Shown: piece by piece, positions 48,491 to 58,884 of the stretch
Layout of the letters: every line of letters starts with the position of its first letter
How positions within the stretch are numbered: position 1 is the first letter of the stretch
Source of the DNA: Nanobdellota archaeon
Lineage (GTDB): Archaea > Nanobdellota > Nanobdellia > SCGC-AAA011-G17 > JACPIM01
Direction: 5' to 3'
Length of the DNA: 64,000 nt
Assembly: GCA_038046265.1 (NCBI GenBank)
Contig: JBBSWN010000010.1
Span: forward strand, 75,091-139,090
Notes under the pieces: generated by a model
What the model was told of the DNA's origin: nothing
The model's database searches: none
Seen by the model: the letters and a program-made list of their open reading frames with translations, nothing else
Made by a program: the position numbers and the translations under genes

Positions 48491-49567
48491 ATGAATCCTA
48501 AAATGAAACCTCTTTACTGCATTTCGAAAAAATTATTGATGTCGAATTATAAAAGGCTAGATAGTCCTTGCAAGATTACATTTGCAATTACATATGCCTG
48601 TACATTTCTCTGCAAAACATGCAACATAGGAAAGAATTATTTAGCAAACCCAAGACAAACCAGAGAGGGAGAATTAAGTTATGAGGAAATTGGAGCAATT
48701 TTTAGGAAGGCAAGACCATCATGGCTTCAGATAACTGGAGGAGAGCCTTTTATGAGAAATGTTTACCAGATTTTAAAGTCAATTACAGAAAACAATGATG
48801 AACTTTATGTTGCTCATACAACAACAAATGGAATAGATACAAAAAATATTGTTGAGCAGGTAAAAAAAATTCTTGGTTTAAAAATTCCGCGTTTTGTTGT
48901 TTCTATAAGCGTGGATGGTTTTGAGGAATTTCACAATGAAGTTAGAGGGATAAAAGGTTCTTTTGACAAGTGCCTGGCAACTTTTTTTGAATTAAAAAAA
49001 CTTGAGAACAGGCATTTTAATGTTTTTATAAGCTATACATCTTCTCCTTTTAACATGGGCAGAATAGAGACATTTATACAAGAGATGGGGAAGAAATATG
49101 GAATAGAACCAAAGTACATACACATGAATTTATACCACACATCAAGCCATTATTTTAAAAATACAGAGCAGCAGAAGACAGAAGATTATAACAAAAATGT
49201 GCTTAATGAAATAAGAGCTTACAGGAGACTTAAAAAAGGAAATGACTGGAAGGTTAGTTTTTTTGAGAACAGGTATTCCAAGTTTGTTGAGAAATTTGTT
49301 GAAACTGGGAAGTCTCCTCTGCCGTGCAAGGCATTAAATTCTTCCTGTTTCATGGATCCTTATGGAAATGTTTTTCCCTGCCTGGTGTGGACAAAGAAAT
49401 TAGGGAATATAAGAGAATTTGATTTAGATCTGAAGAAATTATGGCAAGACCCTAATGTTGTAAAAATGCAGGAAGATGCAGAAGCTTTAAGATGCCCAAA
49501 CTGCTGGACTCCCTGCGAAGCTTATCAGACAATTGCAGGCAACATAGGGAAAAGCTTGATAAAGTAA
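48491..49567 (+). CDS. Radical SAM enzyme (SPASM/twitch type)
   Basis: CTFLCKTC motif plus C-terminal cysteines (CKALNSSCF...FPC...CPNCWTPC). Confidence 0.7.
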   Translation: MNPKMKPLYCISKKLLMSNYKRLDSPCKITFAITYACTFLCKTCNIGKNYLANPRQTREGELSYEEIGAIFRKARPSWLQITGGEPFMRNVYQILKSITENNDELYVAHTTTNGIDTKNIVEQVKKILGLKIPRFVVSISVDGFEEFHNEVRGIKGSFDKCLATFFELKKLENRHFNVFISYTSSPFNMGRIETFIQEMGKKYGIEPKYIHMNLYHTSSHYFKNTEQQKTEDYNKNVLNEIRAYRRLKKGNDWKVSFFENRYSKFVEKFVETGKSPLPCKALNSSCFMDPYGNVFPCLVWTKKLGNIREFDLDLKKLWQDPNVVKMQEDAEALRCPNCWTPCEAYQTIAGNIGKSLIK

Positions 49568-49586
49568 TTTTAGAATTTTAAGCAAC

Positions 49587-51386
49587 ATGATAGAGAAAAT
49601 AAGGAATTATTTGCTTTTAAATCCACTTGCAATAGACTTAATTTTATTAGCTATTATAACTATTTTTTTAGGATTTCTTGGTGGAATTCCTCTTGGAATG
49701 CAGGATTCAATTTTAGGACCTGCACTTAATGCTGCCAAAAGATTTGGGAATCCAAGATATTTTGCTTCACCTGGTTTTGTTATTTATATTTTTATGATTG
49801 CTTATAGTTTTTTGTTTATTTTTCTTTATTTAATAGGAAAAGTTAATAGTGCCAATGAGTTTAGAAATTTATTTGAAACTGATGTTATTTTTGATAATGT
49901 TGCTTTTCATTTATTAGGATATTTAATTATTATTTTGTTTTCTATAATTGGGGTGGTTTTTACTTACTTAATTGCTTATAAATTAACTAGAAAAAGAAGT
50001 ATTTCATTTTTAGCTGGCCTGTTTTTAGCAACTTCTTTATTATGGGTTACAAATTCACATCTTTTAACTGTGAATATTCCTTATGCAGCTATTGTTACAG
50101 GAACAATATTTCTTGTTTTAAAATTTGTAAAAGAAAAAGAACTAAATAAGAAGCATTTAATTATTTTAGGGATAGCCCTAGGAGTTTCCTGCTCAACAAA
50201 ATATAACGGGTTTTTAGTTTCTTCTATTATATTTGCCCCGATGATATATTCTTATTGGGGAAAATTCAAACTTTTATTGAAGCATATTTTAATAATTGGG
50301 CTAACAGCTACTTTTGTATTTGTTGTTTTTAATCCATATATATTTCTTGATTATGAGACATTTAAAGGGTATAATGAGATACAGAAAAACTCTTTGTCAA
50401 AAGGCTGGTATGGTTTTGAGAGCGAGACAAGGTATACTTTTAAGGAACATATAACACAGTCACTTTATTTTGGGTATGGGCTTTTTCCTTTAATTTTGGC
50501 TTTAATCGGTGTTTTGTATGTTATAATAAGCAAGGAAATTAATATTACAGCAAAAATTACAATAATAGTTTTTCCCCTGATTTTTTATTTTGTCATGGGA
50601 TTGTCAAAATCTCTTTTATACAGATATATGCTTCCAGTTTTTCCTTTACTGGCAGTATTTTCTGGACTAGGAGTTTATTTTTTATATTTGAATTTAACTA
50701 AGTTAGCAAATAATTCTGACAGTAAAAAATTCATAGTTTTATTTCTTTTAGTAATCAGCATTGTTTCTTTGTATCCAAATATAAGAGATTCTGTCAAGCA
50801 TGATTTACTTTTAAGAGAAACAGATACAAGAACTGATTTATTAGATATTTTAAATCAAGCTGGGCTAAATGATGTCAAATTAAATATTTACTATGGGAGA
50901 TATTTAAGCGATGCTATTTACAATAACTCAAATGTTAAAATTGAAAATAATTTGTTTGCACAAAGCATTGATGAAAATGTTTTTGAAGATGAAGCTAATG
51001 TAATTGCTTTTGACAGCATTTCTCATGACAGGGTTGTTTTCAGCAACAGAAAAGGGAATCAGGAAATGATTTATGAGAATTATTCTGGACATTTTGGACT
51101 GCCTAATGACATTAAGAAAAATTACAGAAATTTTGAAAATCTGCATGTAATTCAAATAAGCCCTTTTAATGTTCCAAAAGAACAAGTTCCTTATTCACAG
51201 CAGTCTGGAACTGCTCCATTCAGGCCTGATTTAAAGTTTAGAGTTAAGCCAGGACCATTTATTGAGATTTATTTTAAGAGCAAGATTATTGCAGATAAAT
51301 TAATGAATTCATGCAACAGGCAAAACATTAATTGCAAGCTGTTAACAGGAAAGGAAAGCTATTATTTCAGGAGTATAAGGGCTTGA
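49587..51386 (+). CDS. Polytopic membrane protein (possible GT-C glycosyltransferase)
   Basis: About 400 aa with multiple TM helices, followed by a soluble domain of about 180 aa. Confidence 0.35.
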   Translation: MIEKIRNYLLLNPLAIDLILLAIITIFLGFLGGIPLGMQDSILGPALNAAKRFGNPRYFASPGFVIYIFMIAYSFLFIFLYLIGKVNSANEFRNLFETDVIFDNVAFHLLGYLIIILFSIIGVVFTYLIAYKLTRKRSISFLAGLFLATSLLWVTNSHLLTVNIPYAAIVTGTIFLVLKFVKEKELNKKHLIILGIALGVSCSTKYNGFLVSSIIFAPMIYSYWGKFKLLLKHILIIGLTATFVFVVFNPYIFLDYETFKGYNEIQKNSLSKGWYGFESETRYTFKEHITQSLYFGYGLFPLILALIGVLYVIISKEINITAKITIIVFPLIFYFVMGLSKSLLYRYMLPVFPLLAVFSGLGVYFLYLNLTKLANNSDSKKFIVLFLLVISIVSLYPNIRDSVKHDLLLRETDTRTDLLDILNQAGLNDVKLNIYYGRYLSDAIYNNSNVKIENNLFAQSIDENVFEDEANVIAFDSISHDRVVFSNRKGNQEMIYENYSGHFGLPNDIKKNYRNFENLHVIQISPFNVPKEQVPYSQQSGTAPFRPDLKFRVKPGPFIEIYFKSKIIADKLMNSCNRQNINCKLLTGKESYYFRSIRA

Positions 51387-51462
51387 GCAACCCGAAAACT
51401 ATATAAATATAGTACAATGAATTAACAATAGTTTATGATTATTATGTTTAAATGAGGGCAAT

Positions 51463-53031
51463 ATGCAAAAAGAGAAATATGAAGTTTTACTGATTAATCC
51501 TGGATTTAATCAGAAGAGTTTTCAATTTTACCAGAATATTCCAGTTGATCTTCTTGAATTAGGATCATATTTAGTTGCAAAAGGAATCAAGGTAAAAATA
51601 TTAGACTGTTCTGTGAGAGAGAAATATGATGATTATGTAAGGGAATATGCAAAAGACGCTATTTTAGTCGGCATAGGTGTTATGAATGCACAGATTACAT
51701 CTGCTTTTGAGATTATGAACATTATAAGATCTGTGAACCCAAATGTTAAATTTATCTGGGGGGGAGCACATTCAACTTTGTATCCTTTGCAAACTATCCA
51801 GCATAAAGATGTGGATTTTATTGTTGTTGGAGAGGGAGAAGAACCTTTGTATAATCTTTATTTAGCAATAAAGAACAATACTACTTATGAAAATATTAAT
51901 GGTATAGGTTACAGGAAAAACGAGGAAATAAAAATAAATCAACCTCATCCTTTGATTGATGTAAACAAGCTGCCAATAATTGACTATAGCTTAATAGATG
52001 AAGAAATGCTAGATTTGTACAGACATAATAATACAGACACTTTTTTTCCAGTAACAACAAGCAGAGGATGCCCTCATAGATGCAGTTTTTGCATAAATGT
52101 TGTTACAAAAAACAGGTGGAGAGGGAAAAATCCAGAAAAAGTTCTAGAGGAATTATCTTATGTTTACAATAAACTAGGAATTACTAAAATCAGGTTTAGA
52201 GATGAGTTGTTTTTTGTTGATAAAGAAAGAGTAAAGAAAATATTAAAAGGTTTAATTGAAAGAAATGTAAAGATTGACTGGAGAGCTAACTGCAAGGCTG
52301 ATTATTTTAGAAGAGGACTTATAGATGATGAGATGATGAAATATGTAAAAGAGAGCGGGTGTAGTGAACTAGGAATTGGTGCAGAGAGCGGAAGCCAAAG
52401 AATGCTTGATTTGATAAAAAAGGACAACACTGTTGAGGATGTATTGAACATGGTAAGAATATGCCATCAATGGGGCATTAGAGGAAATTATTCTTTTATG
52501 ATAGGACTGCCTAAAGAAACAAAAGAAGAAATGATAAAAACAATTAAGTTTATCAAAAAAATAAAAAAACTAGATCCAAATTCTTTTATTATAGGACCAC
52601 AACCTTACAGACCTTATCCTGGGGGAGAACTGTTTGAACATGCAGTAAGTTTGGGATGGAAAGAACCACAGACTCTTGAGGGGTGGGCTGGTAACTATTC
52701 AGAAATGTTATTTGCACCAACATCCAAGATGTTTCCGTGGATTGAAGATCCTGTTTTTGTTGACAATTTATTGTTATATACAAAATTTGCTTCAAACACT
52801 TTTGGACAGATTAAAGAAAGATATGCTTCTGGATCTACAAGAATAAAGGCACCTAAATTATTTATTTATGCTTTTGCTTTATGGTGCAAATTAAGATGGA
52901 CTGCGGGTGTATATGACAAGTTTTTCGAGATAAAATTAATTGAAAAATATTACAAACACAGAATTAAGAAGAATGAGCAGATGCCCAATGCTGCTTCAAA
53001 TCATGTTATGGAGTCATTTGCTGCCGAATAA
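51463..53031 (+). CDS. B12-binding radical SAM enzyme
   Basis: Cobalamin-binding N-terminal domain, followed by CPHRCSFC. Confidence 0.75.
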   Translation: MQKEKYEVLLINPGFNQKSFQFYQNIPVDLLELGSYLVAKGIKVKILDCSVREKYDDYVREYAKDAILVGIGVMNAQITSAFEIMNIIRSVNPNVKFIWGGAHSTLYPLQTIQHKDVDFIVVGEGEEPLYNLYLAIKNNTTYENINGIGYRKNEEIKINQPHPLIDVNKLPIIDYSLIDEEMLDLYRHNNTDTFFPVTTSRGCPHRCSFCINVVTKNRWRGKNPEKVLEELSYVYNKLGITKIRFRDELFFVDKERVKKILKGLIERNVKIDWRANCKADYFRRGLIDDEMMKYVKESGCSELGIGAESGSQRMLDLIKKDNTVEDVLNMVRICHQWGIRGNYSFMIGLPKETKEEMIKTIKFIKKIKKLDPNSFIIGPQPYRPYPGGELFEHAVSLGWKEPQTLEGWAGNYSEMLFAPTSKMFPWIEDPVFVDNLLLYTKFASNTFGQIKERYASGSTRIKAPKLFIYAFALWCKLRWTAGVYDKFFEIKLIEKYYKHRIKKNEQMPNAASNHVMESFAAE

Positions 53032-53093
53032 TTATTTTATAAATAAATATTTAAATGATTAATTATAGGAGAATTTAATTTAAAGGTGAAAAG

Positions 53094-54530
53094 ATGAGAG
53101 TTGTAGTTGCTAATCCTCCATGGCCAGGTTCTGGTTATGGAACAAGAAGTAATGTAAGATGGCCTCATAGAAGGGGAGATAAAGTTCTTACTTATCCTAT
53201 TTACTTAGCTTATGCTGTTTCAATGCTAAAACAAGATGGTTTTCAGGCTTGGGGTATTGATGCAGTGGACAAGGAATGGGGAATTTCTGAATTTATCCAG
53301 AAAATAAAAGATTATAAGCCAGCAATTGTTTTTATGGAAGTTTCTGCACCTTCTTTTATTTATGATTTAGAGACTGCACAGAAAGTAAAGGAAGAAGTTG
53401 GATGCATTGTTGCTTTTTGCGGACCTCACATGAATTATCACCATGAAAAAACAATCAAAAATTATAATTTTGTTGACATAACAATAAGGGATGAATTTGA
53501 CATTATAATAAAAAATGTCTGCAGAGCTTTATCTGACAACAAGCCTTTGTCAAGTGTTTTGGGAATTACTTACAGGGAATTTGGAAGAGTAATTGTGAAT
53601 GAAAAAAAACCATTTGAAGAAAATCTAGATTCATTGCCTTTTCCAGACAGAGATGATTTTGCAATGGAAAGCTATGTACAAGGTTTTTATGCTGGAAAGA
53701 AAACTGCAATGATGCTTCAAAGCAGAGGATGTCCTGCAAGATGCACTTTCTGCATATGGCCGCAAACAATGACAGGACACTCACATAGAAGAAGAAGTCC
53801 TAAGAATATATGTGATGAAATTGAATATTTAAAGAATAAGTATGGGGTAGATGAAGTTTTCTTTGATGATGATACTTTTATTATTGACAAGAAAGCGGGG
53901 ATTGAATTATTAGATGAAATGATAAAAACAAAATTAAATGTCCCATGGATGTGCATGTGCAGAGTAAATTCAGTTGACAATGAGGTACTGGCCAAGATGA
54001 AGGGGGCTGGGTGCACACAAGTTTATTATGGTTTTGAGTCTGGATCACAAAAAATACTTAATTCTATCAAGAAAGGAGCAACACCACAGCAGGCTTTGGA
54101 CATTGTCAGGGAGACACCAAGACTAGGGATGTATGCTGCTGGGAGTTTTATCATTGGACTGCCAGAAGATGACATGGCAACTATTAATGACACTATCAAA
54201 TTTGCAATCAAGCTAAAGGCAAATTATGTGCAGTTTGTTTTGGCAGAAGCACTGCCTGGAACTGAAATGTATGAGACAGCTGTAAATGAAAATCTTTTAA
54301 AGATTAATTCCTGGTCTGAATTAGACGGAACTCACGGGAATTTTTTGCAGACAAAGTACTTAAATAATCATGAATTAAAAGGAATGTTAAGGAAGTGCTA
54401 CATAAAGTACTATACTTCTCCGAGCATTGTGTGGGAAAATGTAAAGAAAGTAAGAAACATGAATGATGTCAGGAAGTTATTGAGAGGGGCTAATTCTGTT
54501 TTGGCGAGAATAATGTACTACAAGGAATAA
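53094..54530 (+). CDS. B12-binding radical SAM enzyme
   Basis: Cobalamin-binding N-terminal domain, followed by CPARCTFC. It lies in tandem with the previous paralogue. Confidence 0.75.
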   Translation: MRVVVANPPWPGSGYGTRSNVRWPHRRGDKVLTYPIYLAYAVSMLKQDGFQAWGIDAVDKEWGISEFIQKIKDYKPAIVFMEVSAPSFIYDLETAQKVKEEVGCIVAFCGPHMNYHHEKTIKNYNFVDITIRDEFDIIIKNVCRALSDNKPLSSVLGITYREFGRVIVNEKKPFEENLDSLPFPDRDDFAMESYVQGFYAGKKTAMMLQSRGCPARCTFCIWPQTMTGHSHRRRSPKNICDEIEYLKNKYGVDEVFFDDDTFIIDKKAGIELLDEMIKTKLNVPWMCMCRVNSVDNEVLAKMKGAGCTQVYYGFESGSQKILNSIKKGATPQQALDIVRETPRLGMYAAGSFIIGLPEDDMATINDTIKFAIKLKANYVQFVLAEALPGTEMYETAVNENLLKINSWSELDGTHGNFLQTKYLNNHELKGMLRKCYIKYYTSPSIVWENVKKVRNMNDVRKLLRGANSVLARIMYYKE

Positions 54531-54574
54531 ATTAAAACGAGCAATTTAAAAATACAAAGATAGAGTTTTTTTAT

Positions 54575-55474
54575 ATGGAAATAATTTTTTTAGTGCTAGC
54601 TTTTTTCTTGAATGTAATTATTGATCTTTTAATAAGTGGGCAGTATAGATACCTTGTTAAATTTATTGAGAAAAAGATAAGCTACCTTAGTGCTTTAGTA
54701 ATAGTTTCTTTATCTTTTTTTCTAAGATTAATACTAGTTTCAAAGAGCGGGTCTTTTTTAGGGACTCCTATTGCGGGAAAACTAAAAGAGGGAATTTCAC
54801 TAACAAAAGGAGCATTGATAATTGCTTTTGAAAACATTACTTATACTTTATGGCAATTATTTATTTTGGTTTTTATTTTAGCATTTAACAGGGAGTTTAT
54901 TGAAGAAAATATCATAATTGCAATACCATTAGTTTTTTTAATAATAGTGTTAATGATCATGTGTCTTTATAAGTATGAGAAAATTCTTTACTTGATTTTT
55001 AAGATTTATAGTTTTTTTCCTGTTAAACTGAAAAATATAATTAGGAAAACAGGCCTTAAAAAAGAAAATATAGAGAGCCAGTTTAACAAGCTAAAAATGC
55101 TGTTTTCAAACAAACTTTTTTTATTAAACTATAATTTAATTTCTTTGCTGATAATTTTGATAAGCCCTTATTCACTTGTTTTTTTAGGAAAATTTTATTC
55201 AATAAGTGTAAACTATTTTGATTCTTTTAGTGTTTACTGGTTTTCCTTTATTTTAGGAAGATTAAGCGGGATGCCTATAGGTTTAGGTGTAAGGGATGTT
55301 TCAACTGGTTATTTACTGACAAATTTAGGGATTTCAACACAGATATCTTTGCAAATTGTTTTTTTATCCAGGGTTGTTTCTTTTTTCCCGTTTTTTCCAA
55401 TCGGACTGGGGTGTTTTATCAAGTACGGCAAGGAGAAAATTTTCAGCATTATTTACAACAAGAACAAGGATTAA
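54575..55474 (+). CDS. Integral membrane protein (flippase-like)
   Basis: 299 aa with about 8 TM helices. Confidence 0.4.
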   Translation: MEIIFLVLAFFLNVIIDLLISGQYRYLVKFIEKKISYLSALVIVSLSFFLRLILVSKSGSFLGTPIAGKLKEGISLTKGALIIAFENITYTLWQLFILVFILAFNREFIEENIIIAIPLVFLIIVLMIMCLYKYEKILYLIFKIYSFFPVKLKNIIRKTGLKKENIESQFNKLKMLFSNKLFLLNYNLISLLIILISPYSLVFLGKFYSISVNYFDSFSVYWFSFILGRLSGMPIGLGVRDVSTGYLLTNLGISTQISLQIVFLSRVVSFFPFFPIGLGCFIKYGKEKIFSIIYNKNKD

Positions 55475-57219
55475 ATTTTTAACCTGTAAATTCTAATTCC
55501 TTCGTTTTCTATTTGGGCCAAGAAAATCTTTTGCTTGGTGGTTATTATATAATGCATTTTTTTCAGGTCTTGATCTCCAAAGAACAAGTTATGGTTGAGC
55601 CAAAAACCTGTTAATGAAACATACTGAGCTGGGTATTGGTTTTCTTTTATAACTGAATAAGTTGAAGAAACATTTATTAAAGGATTGCCCTCAATTTCAA
55701 ACAAGATGTTTTTTATTTTGTCATGATCAACATCATTTAAGTAAAGGCCAACCTGGCTTTGAGGGCTCTCATATATTTTTTTAGCCTGGTGGTTGTTTAT
55801 TGTGAAATTCAATGCATTTACTATGATAAAAACTGTTAAGACAAGGAAAACTATTTTCTTGAATTTTAATTTGTTTATTAAAAAGAAACTAGCTATAGGG
55901 AGAATTATGAAAAAAGCCATCATAATAAAGAATATTGGAAAATTAAATAGATGGTTTATTGAAAGTTCCTTGTTTATGATATAGTTTAAAAGTATGTTTA
56001 ATGCTCCAATGTGAGTTAAGGAAAGGTTGTTAATGGGTGTTAAATTTGAAAATATAAGCTGAGTAGATATTATAAAAAAAGGGATGCTAAAGACAATTAT
56101 TTTTTTCAACTTATTTTTTTGCTCAGAAGTATAGTTATTTAAGCCAATTACGCCGAGGATTAAAACTAAAGGTGAAAGAATATCCATGTACCTAAAAATT
56201 GGTCTTCCTGTGTAAAACTTGAAAAAAGACGGCAAAGAAGAATCTGATGGGCCGAGAGCATTATTTGAAAGAACAAGAGTAAAACTTAAAATTGAAACTA
56301 GTGCGACAATTGCAAAACAAAATAATTTTCTGCTGTCTTTTATATTTTTAAATGCGAAAAAGGACAAGAAGAAAAATATCAGGCCAGACGATATTGACAA
56401 GGCGACAAGGTGCATAATTATCCAGTTAACTAAAGAAATTATGTAAGGAAATAAGCCGCCATGTTTTGAAGGTGTTAGAAATGAGTCTAGGTTGTCTTTT
56501 GCAGTGTCTTCAACAATGCCTGCTATGCTCGGGCCAAAGTGAATATAATTTCTAATTAACCAAGGAGAGATTATTAAAAGAAGAACAAAGATGCTGACGA
56601 TAATGTTCTTGCAGTTTAGTTTTTCCTTTAATGTCAGTCTTTTTATTAAAATTGAGACAAAGAAAATCGGGATTAATATTAAGCCCAAGTTTTTTGTCAG
56701 GAATGACAAGGAAATAAAAACAGATGCAAGAACATTGTTTTTTAGAGTGTTTTCCTTTAAGGACTTGTAAATAAAGTAAATTGAAGAAAGGAATAATGGG
56801 AAAAAAAGATTTTCAGCCAAGATATAGCTAGAGAAAGAGAAAAATACAGGAAGGAAAGCTGTTAAAACTACAAAATAATTTCTTTTATCTTCTTCCAGTA
56901 ATTCTTTAGAAAAGAAATATGCAGGGATTATCACTAAAGTTGAGATGAATGAATTTATTATTTTCATTAAAAAGTATATTATTTCCATATTTTTTGCAAG
57001 GTAAGCTATGGATAAAATTACAGGGTAAAGTGGCGGGTAAAAAGGAGATGGTATATTTTCTGACAAGACAAAATTATGAGTAAAGAAGAAACTTCTTGCT
57101 AATTTTGAATAAATATATTCATCCCAAAATCCTGTTGGGGAGGAAATAAAATAAGACAAGATAATCTTAATTACTACGATTATTGAGTAAATATAGACAA
57201 GTTTTTTTGTAGGGCTCAT
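55471..57219 (-). CDS. GT-C family membrane glycosyltransferase (PMT/ArnT-like)
   Basis: WDEYIYSKLARS acidic first-loop motif followed by more than 10 TM helices. Confidence 0.5.
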   Translation of the reverse strand: MSPTKKLVYIYSIIVVIKIILSYFISSPTGFWDEYIYSKLARSFFFTHNFVLSENIPSPFYPPLYPVILSIAYLAKNMEIIYFLMKIINSFISTLVIIPAYFFSKELLEEDKRNYFVVLTAFLPVFFSFSSYILAENLFFPLFLSSIYFIYKSLKENTLKNNVLASVFISLSFLTKNLGLILIPIFFVSILIKRLTLKEKLNCKNIIVSIFVLLLIISPWLIRNYIHFGPSIAGIVEDTAKDNLDSFLTPSKHGGLFPYIISLVNWIIMHLVALSISSGLIFFFLSFFAFKNIKDSRKLFCFAIVALVSILSFTLVLSNNALGPSDSSLPSFFKFYTGRPIFRYMDILSPLVLILGVIGLNNYTSEQKNKLKKIIVFSIPFFIISTQLIFSNLTPINNLSLTHIGALNILLNYIINKELSINHLFNFPIFFIMMAFFIILPIASFFLINKLKFKKIVFLVLTVFIIVNALNFTINNHQAKKIYESPQSQVGLYLNDVDHDKIKNILFEIEGNPLINVSSTYSVIKENQYPAQYVSLTGFWLNHNLFFGDQDLKKMHYIITTKQKIFLAQIENEGIRIYRLKI

Positions 57220-57277
57220 TTTTTTTAAGTTTTACAAGGAAAACTTTATAATTACTTCTTTTTAAATATTTTCTGTT

Positions 57278-58306
57278 ATGAGAAATGAGGTTTATATTGA
57301 GATAATTAATGAAGGAATAAACAAGATATTAGGATTTCAGGATACTAGGAAGGGGGCTTTGACAGAGGGGTGTTTTTTTTATCCTTACTGGAGAAATAAA
57401 AGAGAGAGTTACGTAAATTCCAGGTGGCAGGAAGCTGTATTGAGCTTAAGCTGGTATTTTAACAAGTTCAGCAATGAGGAAATTTGGGAAAGGATTGTAA
57501 AGGGAATTGATTTTTGGAGTAGATTACAGCAGAACAATGGAAGTTTTCCAGAGTATTCAAGACATGACAGGAGCTTTTCTGCCACTGCTTTTTCCACCTT
57601 GGCTATTGTAAATTCATTAAATTTGATTAATTATTCAAAGGAAAAGTGGCTTGAAAGGATAAAAAAAAGCTGTGATTATTTAATTAAAAATGATGATTTT
57701 GTCTTCATTAGAAATGAACTTGCTGCTTCTTTAGTATTATTGAAAGCTGGAGAATATTTACATGAGCCTAATTATTTAAATGAAAGCGAGAAGAAATTTG
57801 ATTTTGTCTTGAAAAAACAAAATGAGAAAGGCTATTTTAGCGAGGAAGGGGTTTTTGACTTAAGCTACAATACCATGATACTTGAGTTACTAGGAAATTA
57901 TTATTTAAGCACAAATGACAGAAAAATCTTGGAAAGCGCAGACAAGTTTATCAACTTTTTTCATAATTTGGATTTAAAGACTTACAGGAAATACAAAAAA
58001 GCAAACTGGGTTATTATCGGCGGGTTCGAAATTTTTTCAAATGAAGTAAAAAACGGAAAAGAAGCGCTTGTCAAGGCTTTAAATAATTTTAATTTTCATC
58101 ATTTAGATTATGACAATAATTTTTGCACTGATTTATACAGGTTGTGTTATGCTTATGACAATTTTAAAGAAGATTTAGAGCATCTTGAATTAAAATCTGA
58201 GCTAAATGTGAATACTTATTATTCTGGAAGACAATCCAAAATCTTGAATATTTTAAGGCCTTTTGGAATACATAATTTTATGAGAATAAAGCAGAAACTT
58301 TTTTGA
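57278..58306 (+). CDS. Hypothetical protein, possibly alpha/alpha-toroid repeat
   Basis: Contains QQNNGSFPEY, a QW-like repeat. Confidence 0.3.
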   Translation: MRNEVYIEIINEGINKILGFQDTRKGALTEGCFFYPYWRNKRESYVNSRWQEAVLSLSWYFNKFSNEEIWERIVKGIDFWSRLQQNNGSFPEYSRHDRSFSATAFSTLAIVNSLNLINYSKEKWLERIKKSCDYLIKNDDFVFIRNELAASLVLLKAGEYLHEPNYLNESEKKFDFVLKKQNEKGYFSEEGVFDLSYNTMILELLGNYYLSTNDRKILESADKFINFFHNLDLKTYRKYKKANWVIIGGFEIFSNEVKNGKEALVKALNNFNFHHLDYDNNFCTDLYRLCYAYDNFKEDLEHLELKSELNVNTYYSGRQSKILNILRPFGIHNFMRIKQKLF

Positions 58307-58365
58307 AAAAGTTTCATTAAAAATAAGAACCTAGTTTCTTATCATCTCCTAGGATTATATGAAAA

Positions 58366-58818
58366 TTATTTTAGTTTTTCAATTTCTAAAACTATTTTGT
58401 TAAATGCTTCTGGAGTGTTTGCACAAGACTCTGATCTTTTTGTTATTTCTTTGTTTAAATAAACTCTTAACAATATAATCGGGCAGTTTTCCCCAGCTCC
58501 TTCCATATAAGGAGGGATTGAATTAAATTCGTCACTATCAACTAAGGATTTAAGGTAATTTAAGTCTGCTTCTAACAAAGTGTTTTCATTTTTAGTTTCT
58601 TCCTTATTTTTATTTATTAAAGAAGTTATGTATTTTCCTGTTGAATAAATTTGATATTTATTTGTTACACCGCTTTCTTGTGTTTTTTCAAGGGAAATAA
58701 TTAATTTTTCCTGTTCAACCGGCGGCTGATAAACTGGAGCTGGCTCTTGTTTTGAACATCCTGAAATAACTAACAAAGATAGTGTTAGTAAAATGAATAT
58801 ATATTTTGAAATTTTCAT
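58366..58818 (-). CDS. Putative lipoprotein
   Basis: Signal peptide ending in the lipobox-like ISGCS. Confidence 0.4.
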   Translation of the reverse strand: MKISKYIFILLTLSLLVISGCSKQEPAPVYQPPVEQEKLIISLEKTQESGVTNKYQIYSTGKYITSLINKNKEETKNENTLLEADLNYLKSLVDSDEFNSIPPYMEGAGENCPIILLRVYLNKEITKRSESCANTPEAFNKIVLEIEKLK

Positions 58819-58884
58819 ATGTTTTTTGTTATTAGTTAGTTTAAAAAGGTTTCGGGAAAGGCTAGAAATATTCTTCGTAGATTT

